Source of the DNA: Podarcis pityusensis
Lineage: Eukaryota
Strand: one strand, 5' to 3'
Assembly (NCBI GenBank): GCA_964106645.2
Contig: OZ067038.1
Length of the DNA stretch: 63,834 bases
The notes under the pieces are model-generated. The model was not told the DNA's origin. It saw only the letters and a program-made list of their open reading frames with translations, and did no database searches. Positions 40,462 to 55,399 of this stretch are shown piece by piece; positions within the stretch are counted from its first letter, which is position 1; each line of letters starts with the position of its first letter. The position numbers were made by a program, and so were the translations under genes.

Positions 40462-41215
40462 GATCCACATCAGCCCAAAAGTGGACTGAGAGAACCTTTT
40501 TATGAAGATAAAAACCAACAGACACTATATTTTTAGAGTCTTCTCAACAATAGTCCAAGGGATGGGGTGGGGTGGGGGGAAGAATGGATCGGTGAGGAAA
40601 ATGGAACAGGTGAGATGAAAACAAGTCTGGCTTGGGGATCTTCATAATCCTTTTTATAGCTTTGTAAAGATTAGTTGGAACATATTATAAACAGCTTATG
40701 GCTGCATTATCATTTCCATGTGATTTCTGAGAATCTCTTAGGGTTACAGTGGCAAGGAAACTACCTAAACCACAGTGTGCCAGTGCCAAAGAAGCCACAG
40801 GCTGGGGGACTCTCCCAGTGCTTCATGTATCTCATCGGTACTTATGCTAGGATGGTCATGAATATGAATTGTATCAACAGCCACTTTTCTTTCTCAGGGA
40901 AAAGCAGAAGCATTTTCCCCCTCACATGGGGACTGTAGCTGATCGTATTCGCTTAGAGGTGAATGGGTGATGCTGACCCCTAGAAACTCATTTTATATTC
41001 TTATGGGCAGGTAATGTAACAGTAATGGGCAGGAAATGTTCAACTGCAGTTGAACATTCCAAGTTTGTCCACCTTGGCCATGTTTACATAGTTTCATTTC
41101 CTCACGTCTCCTTTTAAAAATACAAATGGAATGTTTGAGGTGATTTACCCTTAGGATGTTTTACGTCATGAAACAGTATACAACTGTAACCTTCTGAAAT
41201 AAGCAAGATATTTAC

Positions 41216-43188
41216 CTGAAAACCTTGCTTCCGCTGGTACTTTCGCCTTTGCTGCATGTCAGCAAACGTAGCTGCTCCAGTTGGATAAGTATAGGCCATA
41301 TGTGGTAGGAAGCTCATTTGATCTATTCCTGGGTATGGTCGTAGCCCAGGAATACTGGTCTGAACTGGTGGCATAAAAGTGGCTGGGGGAAATGCGCTCT
41401 GTGGCGGAAGTGTGGTGTACAAAGGTTTGGCACTAAAAGGGCTCATACCAAATAATGGATTAGTGCTTTTATCCAAACTATTTGAATTAGAAAATTCTTT
41501 CTTGATAAAAGTCAAGTTCAGTGGCTCATCTGAGGTTTCAGATGACGAAGAAACACTGTTGTGGTCTACGTTTACACTATTGGATTTTGTTTTGTTCTTT
41601 GTGGCTATAATACTTTTGGGTTCCTTCATTTGTTTTGGTAATGACAAGTCCAAAGGCTCAGCCTGAAGCTCCTCAGAGGAGAAACTGTTTGGAGTGTAAG
41701 AACTACTATGGGAGTTTTTAGAAGATGTAGAAGAAAGATTTAATGGAGAAGGAGTATTGCTCCTGGAGTGGTCCAATTTATCAACTGGTTTAATATTGGT
41801 AAAGTGAGTAGGTTTCGTTAGCCTGAGAGGGGTATCACAGTTAGTAACGCTATTATGAAGTTCAGCTATAGATGGTGATGTTATAGAGTCCACAGGCTTT
41901 ATAGGGGATCTGGCTGACAAAGAGTCTTTAGTGGGCGTGTTGTTGGTGGCAGCCAGCACCACCTTGGCACTGTTCCTTTCCAGCGATGGTGACCTGGAAG
42001 TTGAGTACTGGTAGACTTTTCTTTGTTCGAACCATTCCTTCACAAATTCCTGAGGAAGGCCAACGGCAATGGAAATTTTCAGTAGTTCATCAGAGGTGGG
42101 TTCCATATTCATAGCAAAATATGCTTTAAGTACAGACATATGGTCCTTGTATGGATTGATGGGGCTAGTCATTCCTTTCTCAGAAAGTACTGATGACAGG
42201 AGGAGAGCTTGCTTATCGACAAACACTCCTGGTTTGCTAGGAGCCATGTTTTCATGAGGTTGGAGGACTGCCTTGATTTCTTCGTTCATCTTACACAGGT
42301 AACGTTCATGCTGATGAAGGGGAATGGGACCAGGAAAGCTTTCTTTACAGAACTGGCATGAAAATGGAGTAGGTATATTATGGTTGTCTATCATTTTGTC
42401 TTCAGTTACCAGATCTATTAGGGTGCGTAGCTTTTCTTTCTTAATGTTATTGAGCTGTCTCCTCGAGTCTGTAGTTAAACTCTGGAGACAAGCTTTGGCT
42501 TCATTGACCTTTTCTAATGTGTAGTCAATAATACTTTTAGTGGCACCATTATGACTGACTACTGGAAGACCCACAGGTGGAATACCAGGAGAAGTAACGC
42601 CTTGTTCCTCAGGTTGAGAACATGGGTCCTTCATGTGGTAACCTTTCAGCTTGGAGATTTCTTCAGCGCTGCAGTCCATTTTCTGCCTGGAAACAGTGTT
42701 GTCCACAATCTGTAGGACTTTCTGCACCTCACTTAAATTGCTGCCTATTGCTGGGAATCCAAGTAAAGATGCATCCATCCCTACCCCTAAGTGCTGCATT
42801 GGACTTTGCGTGGAAGTATGAACTCCTATTGGGCTGGTTGCACCAAGTCTGCCATTCATGAAAGGATTAGCACCAGTGAACCCATGGGTTGCCATCAGAA
42901 CTTTATATTCATTGAAATCTAGTGGTTCCGTTTTGATTTTCAGTAAGCCTGATTGCTCAGACATACTAGGTGGTTTTCCATTCTCCAGCTTGTTTCTCAG
43001 TTGTGTAATGGCTGAATTAGTAGGTGAAGAAGATACAGAATTAGGAGAAGAACCCGTCTTGATATTGTTTCTCATTCGACCATTTACAGAGATTAAGCCA
43101 ATGCATTTCTTGCTGCTGATGTGTGAACTATACGAGCCAGAATGGGAGAAACGCTTCTTGCAGTTTGGACACTCATAGGGCTTTTCAC
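41216..43188 (-). CDS. ZEB2: ZEB2 large coding exon 8 (1973 nt, phase 1/0)
   Basis: tgcag|GT GAA AAG CCC TAT GAG TGT ... TTT CAG|gtaaat. Encodes the last N-cluster finger, the SMAD-binding region ([16 protein letters not shown]), a central finger (CQFC..HERYLC), the homeodomain-like region (LKAYFAMN...VKEWF), four CtBP-type motifs (PLRLT, PLNLS, PLDLS, PLNLT) and SUMO-consensus IKTE/IKKE. Confidence 0.98.
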
Positions 43189-46123
43189 CTGCAATTAATT
43201 TTTAAAAATTAATTTTTAATAACTCACAAATAGACCAGTTCTTTAGACCATTTACTGTGTCTGCACATTTCACTCCTTTCATCTTGCTGCATTTTCTCTT
43301 TCCTTCCAAGTTATGTTTAGGTTTTTGTGACCGGAAACAATTCAAACTAGACAATCTACAATTAGCTGCATGCAGTATTCCTTCTCATCCTGTGATGCTC
43401 CCTAGCTTTTACTGATGGCTCACATTTTGTTGAAAGCTATAGCTGTCTTTACAAGGGAAACAGAGAGTGTACTGTACTGTACTGTACTATGTAAATGAAT
43501 ACAGCTGAAAACTTACATGTAATGCACAGTGTTTGCAATATCTAAATTCAGATAGCAGAAGGATTTTGCCATGGCTTTTAATAAGGACCCTGGCAACATG
43601 CAGTTACAACAGTAGCATAATTTTGTGTGAATTGGTTGGCATAGTAAATGGGGGACAAATATGACCCAGTTCACATTTGAATGCAAATTTAATGCAAATA
43701 TACACTATCCAAAACAATATGTTGAACAGAAACACAGCGACTCATTAAAATTTGCACTTCTCCAAATTTTGCAATGCAGTTCTCCAGCAAAGCAATGTGT
43801 ACAAAAATGCATATGGAAAGTGTGCATAAAAAGGCATATATTGGTGGAAATAACAAATACATTGTTTATGGGGGAATTACTGTAAAAAAATGTGTATCCT
43901 GAGAGAAATTCACACTAAAATGGTGGTGAATTTTCATGAGAACTTTTTTTTAGAAATTAAGCTTTAGAATAAATTATGGAAGTTCACTCATACTTGCTTA
44001 TTCACTTTTAACAGTTTACTTCTAGAGGATCTATATGGATAATGGCAGAACAGGAGACATGTATTTCTGGAAAGGACATTGAAGCACTCCAGTCTTGCTT
44101 CAGGCTCTCCATAGGTATCTGGTTGGTCACTGTGAGAACAGGATCCCGGACTAGGTGGGCAATTGGTTAGATCCAGTAGGGCTGTTCTTATGTTTTTTAT
44201 TCCTCCTCTACTCTCATTTCCAGCCTAAAGCAGTGCTTCAACCACTTTCTGAATCTGTGTACATATATTTTTAGGTTTTACCCTAAGGCGGGGGCAGATA
44301 ATTTTAACACAGGTTTTGGCAGCTGTGAATGAATTTTGGGCTCATGTGCTCCCATTCCCCCTGCTTCTGCTCTCTTGACTCCTGTAAGGCTCTGTTTCCC
44401 TCCCTCTGTTCATAGCACAGTTAGCCATGATTGTCCAAATCAGGCAGATTATGGTTTGTGCAAACCATACTTTGCCTCCAAAGCAGAATGGGAAACCATA
44501 GTTTGAACTGAGTTTCTGATTTAGGTTTGGCGAGCTTTTCCCATTCAGGTGACATGACAAAATATTGTTTACAATTGAACCAGGGAACAGGAAAAATTCA
44601 AAAATGAAGGTTAGGAGGAGGGAGTGTGAGAACCCATTGCTGTCTCTTCGCCTTTTCTTGCTACTTTGGAATGAATCTACTTGAGTTCAGTAGCCACTAG
44701 TCTTTGAAGGATGTGAACTCTCCCCTATCCTGTGATGGATAACCTTTGAGTCATGATCTGGATTGGCTACACAAAATATAAAGGCAGTTTTTCCACTCTC
44801 TGTCTCATGCTTGAATCCCCCCCCCCCCCAATTCCTGGGCTTGCATTAATTTAATTAACTTCTCAAATGGAACAAGACATTCCCCTCTCGTTCTTCCACA
44901 TGTGCCCCCTGCCACCCCCAAATTTGCTCCAGGGGGCTGGGGGAACTCACAGAACAAATTTAGTGGGTGACTGTGAAAGAGGAGAGAAGAGGTAATGTAC
45001 ATAAGCCCAAAGTTCACCGCAGCTAGTTATTATAGTGGGAAACTGTGGTTTGCTATTACAGCTGAGTTGAGCATTAAACATATTAAACTTCAGTTGGAGC
45101 ATTAAACATAAGCTTAAATCCCTTCAGCTCAAATCAATGAAGTTTAGAAGTGCTTAACTATGAGATTGTACCCAAGGTTTGCAAATGCTGATCTACTAAA
45201 CAAAAAACAAAGTTCACTGCGAGATTTTACATGCCTGCAGATTAGATAGCTTAAACATTAGAATTATTATATATAAGCAGAATAGACTTTTTAAAAAAAA
45301 CCTATGAAGAATGTATAATTACAGAAACTTATTCAGACTATTAAAATACTGCTTTTTTAGTCTTCGGTATATTTGTCTTTGTTTCTGATTTGCCTTTGAA
45401 TTTATTTGAATAAATCAAAGTCTTTGAATACTTGACCAGCGTTAACAGCTTTACTCACAATGTCTGCATCAAAGGGTGAAGACTTTTAGTTGGAGGAGAA
45501 CTCTAAATATTATTATTCAAATATTGACAAGTTCCAAATATAAGGCAAAGTGTTGCCCTATTTTCTCGCTGTCATGTGTAACTGAATGACTTAATGCACT
45601 CAGCAGAGGTTATTTATTTCAACGAAGGGGATTGAATTAGGAACACAAAATTATATTTTTAATTGATGTGATAGCCGATGCAGGCCAGAAAGGCAGGGTA
45701 TAAATATTGTAAATGGATATATAAAGTGGCTAGTGTGTTCAGCTTGGATGTGGACAGCACAACTTCGAGGTCAGACAGGCCACTTCACACATTATGTGGC
45801 AACAATCTCATGTTGGCCATTAAGTGCATCTTTATTGGGAAGCTGCAGCCAATCTGAGATCTCTGGCAAAGATACCTGAATGTTTGTTGCTTGTTGTGAC
45901 ATCCAGCTGTGATGGTATAGATGTCCACTTACACAACTGGGGAGGTGGGGAGTTAGAGGAAGAGGAAGTCCTGTTGCACAAACTTAATTCTGCTCACCTG
46001 ACACTGGATTTTGCGGAATGTTTTACAGATACTTAAAAGTACAGTGTATGAAGAAGCTATGAAGCTCACCAAGTGTGATGCCATGTCACTATCTCTCAGC
46101 TCAACTTATGCTTGGGAGGCTAA

Positions 46124-46196
46124 ACCAGACGTCAGCAAACTTCTTCAGCAGGGGGCCGGTCCACTGTCCCTCAGACCTGGTGGGGGGCCGGACTAC
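46124..46196. mobile_element. Truncated DNA-transposon (hAT-like) end
   Basis: GC-rich cagcaaacttcttcagcagggggccggtccactgtccctcagacc...gggccggactac resembles a squamate hAT terminus. Only one end is present. Confidence 0.45.
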
Positions 46197-46656
46197 ATAA
46201 TATGAATGAGGCAGCCATTCCAAGTAAGCGAGCTTAATTTGTTTATTACTGCTGGATTGTGGGTGTTGGCCTTGTTCATCTTTAAGGTTCCTTATTTTTG
46301 TTTTGCTTTTGTTTTTTAGGAAAGTGTGTCACAAATAAGAAAACCTAAGAGCCAAATGGCTAGGAATTCCTAGAATTCCTCTGAGTAGAAATAGCTCCAG
46401 GAAAGCAATTTAGAACTTAATTAATTAATCAGGTAATACATTCTGCTATTTGGAAAATCATCTATGGAAACTTGTGGTGCTGGTTTCTTATTTGTTTCTG
46501 AATAGCATGAAAAATGAGGATGAGTCAGAAATCATTTACAAAGTATCTTGGCGGCTCTAAAGAAAATGGTGAAGATACTAAGCTTTTTTAAAAAACAAAA
46601 AACAAAAGCTCGGCTAATTAAACAAAATGCAAATGAGAACCCTGGCACCTCAGCTA

Positions 46657-46860
<204 letters not shown>

Positions 46861-46926
46861 TTACCAGCATGAATTTTATATACAAATATATCAATATCTA
46901 TATTTGTGTATATCTGTGTATGCATA

Positions 46927-46995
46927 TGTGTGTGTGTGTGTGTGCGCGCGCGCGCATGCGCACGCATTTGTGTGTAGAAAGAGAGAGAGAGAGAG
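46927..46995. repeat. (TG)n(CG)n plus (GA)n compound repeat in ZEB2 intron 6
   Basis: Direct reading. Confidence 0.9.
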
Positions 46996-47708
46996 AAAGG
47001 TTTCCTTTTAAGAAAAAAATTAATTAAAGCAGTTTTGTATTTATCTGTCAGCCTAAAAGATCTGCATGCACATTTATTTGCCTCATCAGTGCTGCCATAA
47101 AAATCAAAATGTTGGCAGTAAACCTGAAGGAAATCTGAATTCACTTGGAGCATTTGCTTTGGAATTATTTCTTAAGTCTTTCATCGGCAGCACAATATAT
47201 TAAGGCATGCAGTGCTGCAAGGAATGGATTTGTTAATTTTTAAAAGAAATTGAGGCTTTTAATATTCTTAGCTGATCATATTGTCAATTCACAACTTGCA
47301 GCATTTTTTAAAAAAAACCATATATTTGCAGTGCTTCTGAACCCTTTAGCATTGTGATGATAAGCAAGCTTTGTTTTATCAAATGCAAGAGGCGGTCACT
47401 GCTGGGAGGGAAAGTCCTGATCAGAGAATTAAACTAATTCTTTCTTTCTTTTTTTTTCCCCTCCTTCAGAGCAATGGGGCAAAAACAAGAAGGAAAAGTT
47501 GGCAGAAAGGACGAGTTAAAAAGCAGCATAAAGATAGGATCAAACACAGCTGACCTTTCTGAACAAGTGAGAAAAGTGCTGTGACTTTGAATTCTGATTT
47601 TAAAAAGGGGGAAGAAAAAAAAGCTGCAGTCATCTAGTCTGGATGTTCAAGGTAGGAGGTCAGCCTCCCCCCCCACTCCCCCTTTTCTCCCAAGCAGCAA
47701 TGACACAA

Positions 47709-48080
47709 NNNNNNNNNNNNNNNNNNNNNNNNNNNNNNNNNNNNNNNNNNNNNNNNNNNNNNNNNNNNNNNNNNNNNNNNNNNNNNNNNNNNNNNNNNNN
47801 NNNNNNNNNNNNNNNNNNNNNNNNNNNNNNNNNNNNNNNNNNNNNNNNNNNNNNNNNNNNNNNNNNNNNNNNNNNNNNNNNNNNNNNNNNNNNNNNNNNN
47901 NNNNNNNNNNNNNNNNNNNNNNNNNNNNNNNNNNNNNNNNNNNNNNNNNNNNNNNNNNNNNNNNNNNNNNNNNNNNNNNNNNNNNNNNNNNNNNNNNNNN
48001 NNNNNNNNNNNNNNNNNNNNNNNNNNNNNNNNNNNNNNNNNNNNNNNNNNNNNNNNNNNNNNNNNNNNNNNNNNNNNNNN
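47709..48080. other. Assembly gap (N) in intron 6
   Basis: Run of N. Confidence 1.
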
Positions 48081-48963
48081 CAGCACAATCACACTCTTGC
48101 ATGTGAAATTTAAGGCAGTTATTCTGGATAAATATCCAGCCACACGCCCCCCCTCCCCTCCCAGTAGTGTTTTGATAGTCAAAAGCAATAGGGAAGGAGA
48201 GGAAAAGCCACTCTTGTCTCCCATTTTGTCAGAAAGGGGGGAAAGTTACAGATTAACAACTCACTTTGCTCTTTAAAATGAAATGTTATGATAAATCCTG
48301 TCAGAATTGTATTTTATCGATTACAGAGATCAAGTGAGAAACAGTGAACTAATTACCAAACCGCTTGATTAGAAGGTGAGCATGATACATGTTTGTTTAA
48401 TTAAGCACGTCTTTTATTGAAAAAATGCCTGTCATGATAAATCTAAATCAGTATGACTTCTCATTCTTTAGAATAAAAACTATTGGTATCATTCTCATAG
48501 TAAGGGAATGGAATGTAGTTTAAGATCTGCCATTTGGATTTCCATTGCAACACGTCATTATAGAAGTTTTAAGCAGGAATTCAAAAGACACATTCAATTT
48601 GATTAAATCTAATGCATCAAGGAATCATTTTGATTTACAGGAGATTTGCTGCTGGGGTGTGTAGATTTCAGGAATAGTGTATTCCTAAAGTGATCACATG
48701 TTATTAGAAGAGCCATAAAGCACACAGATACACGCAACAAGATTAACTAAAAAATATGAACCTATTCGTATGAACTGCATGAAAAACAGATACAGGGCTC
48801 CATAAAAAGTAATGAATGACAGAAAATAAGATTAGCAGATTCCTGAGATGTCTTTGAGATCCTATGTGGGGGGAAATGCAGTGCAAAACTAGGTGAAAAA
48901 TGGAGATAAAATTGCTGAGATGTTTAATAATGTATAATTAAAATGCCACAATTTCATTCACAT

Positions 48964-49480
<517 letters not shown>

Positions 49481-50166
49481 GAAAGAAGCAGGCCAAAAGG
49501 TCAGTAAATCAATGGCAGTTAATGGGCTTATTGCCCAGGATGGATTGACAAGAATCACCGCAATCTGCCTACAGTGGAATATCCGTGATATCTACCTTGC
49601 TTGCAAAACCACATCAATCACTTTTTACACGCTCAGGGCAAACTTGTATGAATCATAAGAAAATTAATTCAAAACTTTCGGCTGGCTTATTGTGAGACTA
49701 CAATAGCTTGTGGGGGGGGGAGGGGTGGAAAATGTTGGGGTTTTTCTTTCTTTCTCTGATTTATTGATGCTGTGCACTTAATTACCAGTCCGTTGTCTCC
49801 AAACACAACACCATCTAGTTCCATCTTCACGGATGCTTTTTCAATTACTTATTAAGGACTTAACAGAATCAGTTAGTAATCCTCAATTTGTCCTGTAAAA
49901 AAATTCAATCATTCCCAAACTAAAATTAGAGCAAGGACGCTGCTCCTTTAAAAACATAACCCTTAATTGTCCCTGCTATTTATTTCACCTACAGAAGAGT
50001 CTCAATTTGCTGACTAAAAAAGCAATCACAATATGCTGAAATTACAGTCCCATCTTTGCTCATGAAATTCCATGCTTCTGCAGCTGTTCTTCAATTTTAA
50101 GGTAAACACCCAGGCATGTAGTGCATTTATAATTGCAACAGCTGCAAGAGGTCAGAAGAGTGGCTA

Positions 50167-50484
<318 letters not shown>

Positions 50485-52409
50485 CTAATCCTGTGGCTAC
50501 CCATACTTCCACCTAGCTCATTTCTCCTGCCAATAAAATCACTGGCTGGTGATTTTGTAAGAGAATACATTTGGCAAAGTCACTGATGACACCATTCATT
50601 AATGAAAGATGGCAGAAGCCAATGCATGTGCCCTCCTCCTTTCCTCATAAAAAAGGGAGGGGTGCAATATTGTATGCTGTCTGTGCACAGAATCTGAAAA
50701 GGCAACATGATAGACTTTCATGCATTTTGGAATTCTGGTGTAATTCAATGATATCCTACAAAAACGATTCCTGAAATAAATAGCAACCAGTGGGAGCAAT
50801 TCTAATCTCTGTCCTTTGGTATTCTGAGACCACAGTCTTATATTGTTATCTGAACTTCATGATAGGTGGACTAAGGAGTTAGCCTGCTTTTGGATCTCCT
50901 CAAACCCTATGGTTTGGATTTGGAGGTTATAAATGCTTATTATATATCAGGAGATTGCTATAGATCATCTGCCAAACCTTCTGTCCTTTGGTCTCTGAGA
51001 CTACTGTCAGACACCATTTCATGGACACAGAAATATATATATTTTTCAGTGCTGGTTATTGGGCATTGGGATAAGGAAGACCATAAGAATAATGGGGGAG
51101 GGGGAGTATGATAAGCAAGCTTGCATATAGGCTAATGGACATTTTTCTGATCAGGAAACTAGAATTCTGAACTGGTCAGGATTCTAGCCCAATGACTTTT
51201 CTCTGAAATACATAACATTCTTGGAGAAGCAACATCCGCTCCCCCAACCACCTCAAAAAGGAACCATTGTTACTTAAATAATGTGATGTTGGAATGATTT
51301 TACAAATATTACAATTTAGTTCTGGAACACAGTTATGTGAGGTAGGCCCTAAAAACAGTGAAGTTTTCATTTTCTTTCTCATTAAAACATAAAATTTGTT
51401 GTTTTTTTTATTGCCTGTGCAATGTCCATGGGGGAAAAATCCTCTGAACCACAAAGCATCCTCTTGCTAAAATTAATCATTTTCCTTCCTTCCTTTCTGA
51501 ATATTAGATGCAGGAATAATTCAGTAAAGCCTATGATATTGTAGAAAAGTATTAATCCAACTGTATAGGAGACCTCACATTCAATCCATTGCTCAGTACG
51601 TTTGTTTAAGACCACCAATGTCAAAGGGACTTAAGCATGTAAACTCAGAACAGAATTATAGCTAAAACAGCTTTTGAATTGTGTTTTCAATTATGTATTG
51701 AAAAGTACCTCTTCAGCACACATACAGTTTAAGACTTTTACCGACACTCACTTTTTACTGTCCATACGTATTCAGACTTTGATACATTTATTTGAGTAGG
51801 TCAGGTTACAAACTCAGCACCAAGGTGATTAAAATATTTTCTCTCATAAAGCAACGAAAATAGAGATCAAGTTGATTCTGCTCCCTCTTACAACAGCATA
51901 AATCAGCAGTATCTACCCTAAAATCAATGGGGTTGGATTGATAATTATAGAGTGACAGAAGCACTAGATTTACATCATTGTAACTTAGACTGTGGGAGGA
52001 AACCAACACACAGGGTTACTGAAATATTTAGCATCTTTGCCTCAAGGCAACAGATAAAGGAGAAAATCCATTATGGTGCCATAGGTGGTCAATGGTGCTA
52101 GCATAAAATCAACTCACACCTCAGTTTGCTTCATAGTAAAATCTTACAGTATTTTATGTACAAAAATAGGTTATGGAAAAATCATTTTATTACAAAATCT
52201 AAAGGAAATACCTAATTCTGCAAGGGAGGGAAATGGTCCAGTAAAACATATAGTTTGAAACTACTAAATCCCAGGAGATGCCTTAATATCATTTACAGAA
52301 GGAAGCAATTCTGGCAATAGCCTCATAGATGTTGTTAATAAAAATGTTCCAGTTCCTGTCAATATGCAACATCTTTCTTCAATGCACAACCTGCTGAGCT
52401 CAAGTTTAA

Positions 52410-52411
<2 letters not shown>

Positions 52412-52445
<34 letters not shown>
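52412..52445. repeat. (CT)n microsatellite
   Basis: Direct reading. Confidence 0.95.
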
Positions 52446-52448
<3 letters not shown>

Positions 52449-52666
52449 TCAGAAATAGGTCATGATAAAGATGAATGAACTAGATAGGCAAAAATAAGAA
52501 TCAACAGAAGAAGGGTGATAGCCCTGAAAACAGGTGCTCCCATATTTATAAAGTTCTGAAATGGCTCATGAAACTAGAGGTCAAACTTCAGAATACTACT
52601 GGGGGAGTGGGAGGGGTGGAGATATTATTAGGAAGTAGCATGCCCTGACCAGCTAGCTACCTAGCT

Positions 52667-53051
52667 AAAAAGGTAAAGGTAAAGGACCCCTGACAGTTAA
52701 GTCCAGTCGCAGACGACTCTGGGGTTATGGTGCTCATCTCACTTTACAGGCCAAAGGAGCCGGCGTTTGCCTGCAGACAGTTTTTTCCAGGTCATGTGGC
52801 CTGCATGACTAAGCCGCTTCTGGTGCAACAGATCACCGAAACCAGAGCAGTGCACGGAAATGCCGCTTACCTTCCCGCCGTGTTGGTACCTATTTATCTA
52901 CTTGCACTGCCATACTTTTGAACTGCTAGGTTGGCAGGAGCTGGGACCAAGTAATGGGAGCTCACCCCATCACGGGGATTCAAACCGCTGACCTTCTGAT
53001 CAGCAAGCCCAAGAGGCTCAGTGGTTTAGACCACAGCGCCACCCGCGTTCC
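52667..53051 (-). mobile_element. Sauria SINE, essentially full length
   Basis: Minus strand has a tRNA-like head (ggaacgcgggtggcgctgtggtctaaaccactgag...ggtttgaatcccc), the same core as 36254-36478 and an (ACCTTT)n tail. Confidence 0.92.
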
Positions 53052-55399
53052 AATACCTAAATACCTTAGTTCTTTTATGATGCTATTCATACTTTGGGTC
53101 ACTACCATATGCCCTTGGCAGTGAGTTTAAGAGAATTATATTAAAAACATAACAAAACAAAACAAAACATAAAACAGATCCTTAGATATTTACCCCTTAA
53201 CTATGTCATATGTTGTCTAGAATCCAAATATCCTCACACCTAGTTCTGCACATGCAAGGCCATTTTTGACTTGTGTTTCAGTGGCACAGTTAGGTCACGT
53301 TAGACTCTGGACTTAATGGGATTACCCTTCCCTTATGGTAATGCAACCCTGCTTCTACTTGGTGTCCCTCTTGCACATTCTGCCTCATTCTTGATGTCTG
53401 TTCCCAAGTCCTGCTCTGACTGCACCACTGTGACCCTTGAACAGCCGCCGCTTCTCCTAATGCAGGTCAATGCACTTTTGAAGCAGAAAGAAGTTTTAAA
53501 AACAGCTTTCAATAGTTCAAAGGGGCTTGCGAAACAAAGCTGTAGTGTGTCTATGCAAGAGGAATATTCTTGTCCAGGGGTCAGTCCAGCCAGCCTAGAA
53601 CAGGAGCCTAAAGCTCTGCTCAGGCCTCTCAGGAGAAGCATAAAGGAAACCGTGTGTTGAAATCTTTTGTTACTTTCCTGTAAGTAGCGGTCATATTTTC
53701 TACAAACTTCCATGCAAGCAAAACTGGCCCTGCCCATCAAGATGATGACCAGTTTGCCAGATGTAGGAAGCCTACAGAGAGGATAAAGTTTGCTCTGAAT
53801 TTTGCAGAAACCACCTACCATTTTGCCATGTGCTTCGGAATATAGGACCAAATCAATTTTTATATTTTCATTAGAATGCCTTTCCTGTGGCCTTTTCCCA
53901 TGCTCTCTTCTATCTGCTGGATTTCTTTCTTTGGGCCTGTTTATGTGTGCTTTAACGCCTATACAACTACCTCTGTCTCCTCTAATTCACTGGGTATGTG
54001 ACTGAAGTAACTGTTGGATCCCAGCCATATTCAGGTAGCCATCAGTCACACTGAGAGTGACTGTGGAATAGAGAGTGAATGATAAAGACCATTCAGCATG
54101 TTGAAATCTGTGAATATCAGGTTCTTGTATTGCCAAACACTGTCTTTTTTCAGTGTTGATATACATTTAATGGAAATAAACTCGGGTGTGCCTGGGCAAG
54201 TCAAATAGCTTTTTTTTGTTGTTTATCTATCATTATATATTCCTGAAGTATATGCCTTCTTCTAATGTTTCAAAACATATTTTCTTAAGGAAAGAAACAT
54301 TCTGGTTAAATAGGGGGGATGGTATTGAAAAAAATGAATATATAGTTTGGATTGGAGGTGAGTTGTGAATTACTGGGTAGAATATTGACAGCGATATGGA
54401 AGAAATATCCGGAAAAATGTTCATATAAATTATAATTGGTTTCTGCTGGAAAGTAGGGAGTTACAGAAGGAAGACTGAAAACGGTAGACAGCAAGTTGAA
54501 CAGGAAAATATTGTGGTTGGTGTTCTTGCCAGAAGTCCATCTCTGGGCCAATGGCCATATTGTAAAACTACTAAAACCAGTTCAGACCATAGGAACATTA
54601 CTCAAGCATTGCAAGCTTATAGCCGAACATAACTGTTTAGAATAACGGTTCCAGAAATTTTTACAGCATTAAAACACAAATTGGAACGAGGCTTATTAAA
54701 AGCTGCTGCTTTTGTCACTATTATCTCAAACATACCATTACGGTCACTACCTAAAGTTAATTCTTCCTTTGCTCCTAGTAATATACTAGATCCTATGGAT
54801 GGTTGGTCAGCTTTCTCAAACAGGCCTACAAACAGTTTTGAATGCTGGTTTTGTACAGGAGGCTATAATTGTCTCCTTTGATACTAAATGTTTCTGAGGT
54901 GCATTATTCAGTTTCCCTGTGCATTAAAGGAATTCAGGAGCTAAGGCAAATGTTTATGTCTAAGTTATAAACCTTTGAAACAACGGGATTTACTAGGGAG
55001 CTGACAGATCCTTAACTGAAACAACGTTAACAGTGTGATTATGTATTAAAGATTAATATAAATATCAAGTGCCACCTGAATGCAGATCAGGCAATTCAAA
55101 GTTTCTCTTATGTTACTGACAAGAATTTGGCCATCATTAGAATAATTGATCAGCGTTACAAACAAACAAAATGTGACTGCAAATGAATTTTATTTAAAAC
55201 TTTATGCCTCACGTTTTTTCCACTTAAAAAAAGAGAAAGAAATTCAAGTGGCTTACAAATTAAAACATCATGCAATATATTATGGGATGTGACTCCTCAA
55301 AACAGAACAATTCATATACCCACTATCATAGTGATAACATGGCAAATCAAGAAAAAGTCAATAAGGGGAAATAATTCATAAAAGAAACACATCTCAGAA

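Noticed and set aside
41114-41215. ORF extension past exon 8 (VNILLISEG...) as an alternative C-terminus
   Set aside because: Simple read-through beyond a canonical GT donor, with no nearby poly(A) signal.
53333-53851. 172-aa sense ORF in ZEB2 intron 4
   Set aside because: No ATG-anchored or recognisable domain, no splice sites that fit the phase 1/1 gene model, and exons 4 and 5 already join correctly. A tblastn hit with conserved frame would be needed.
54190-54620. Possible L1 or viral fragment
   Set aside because: Only vague peptide resemblance; cannot be supported without a search.
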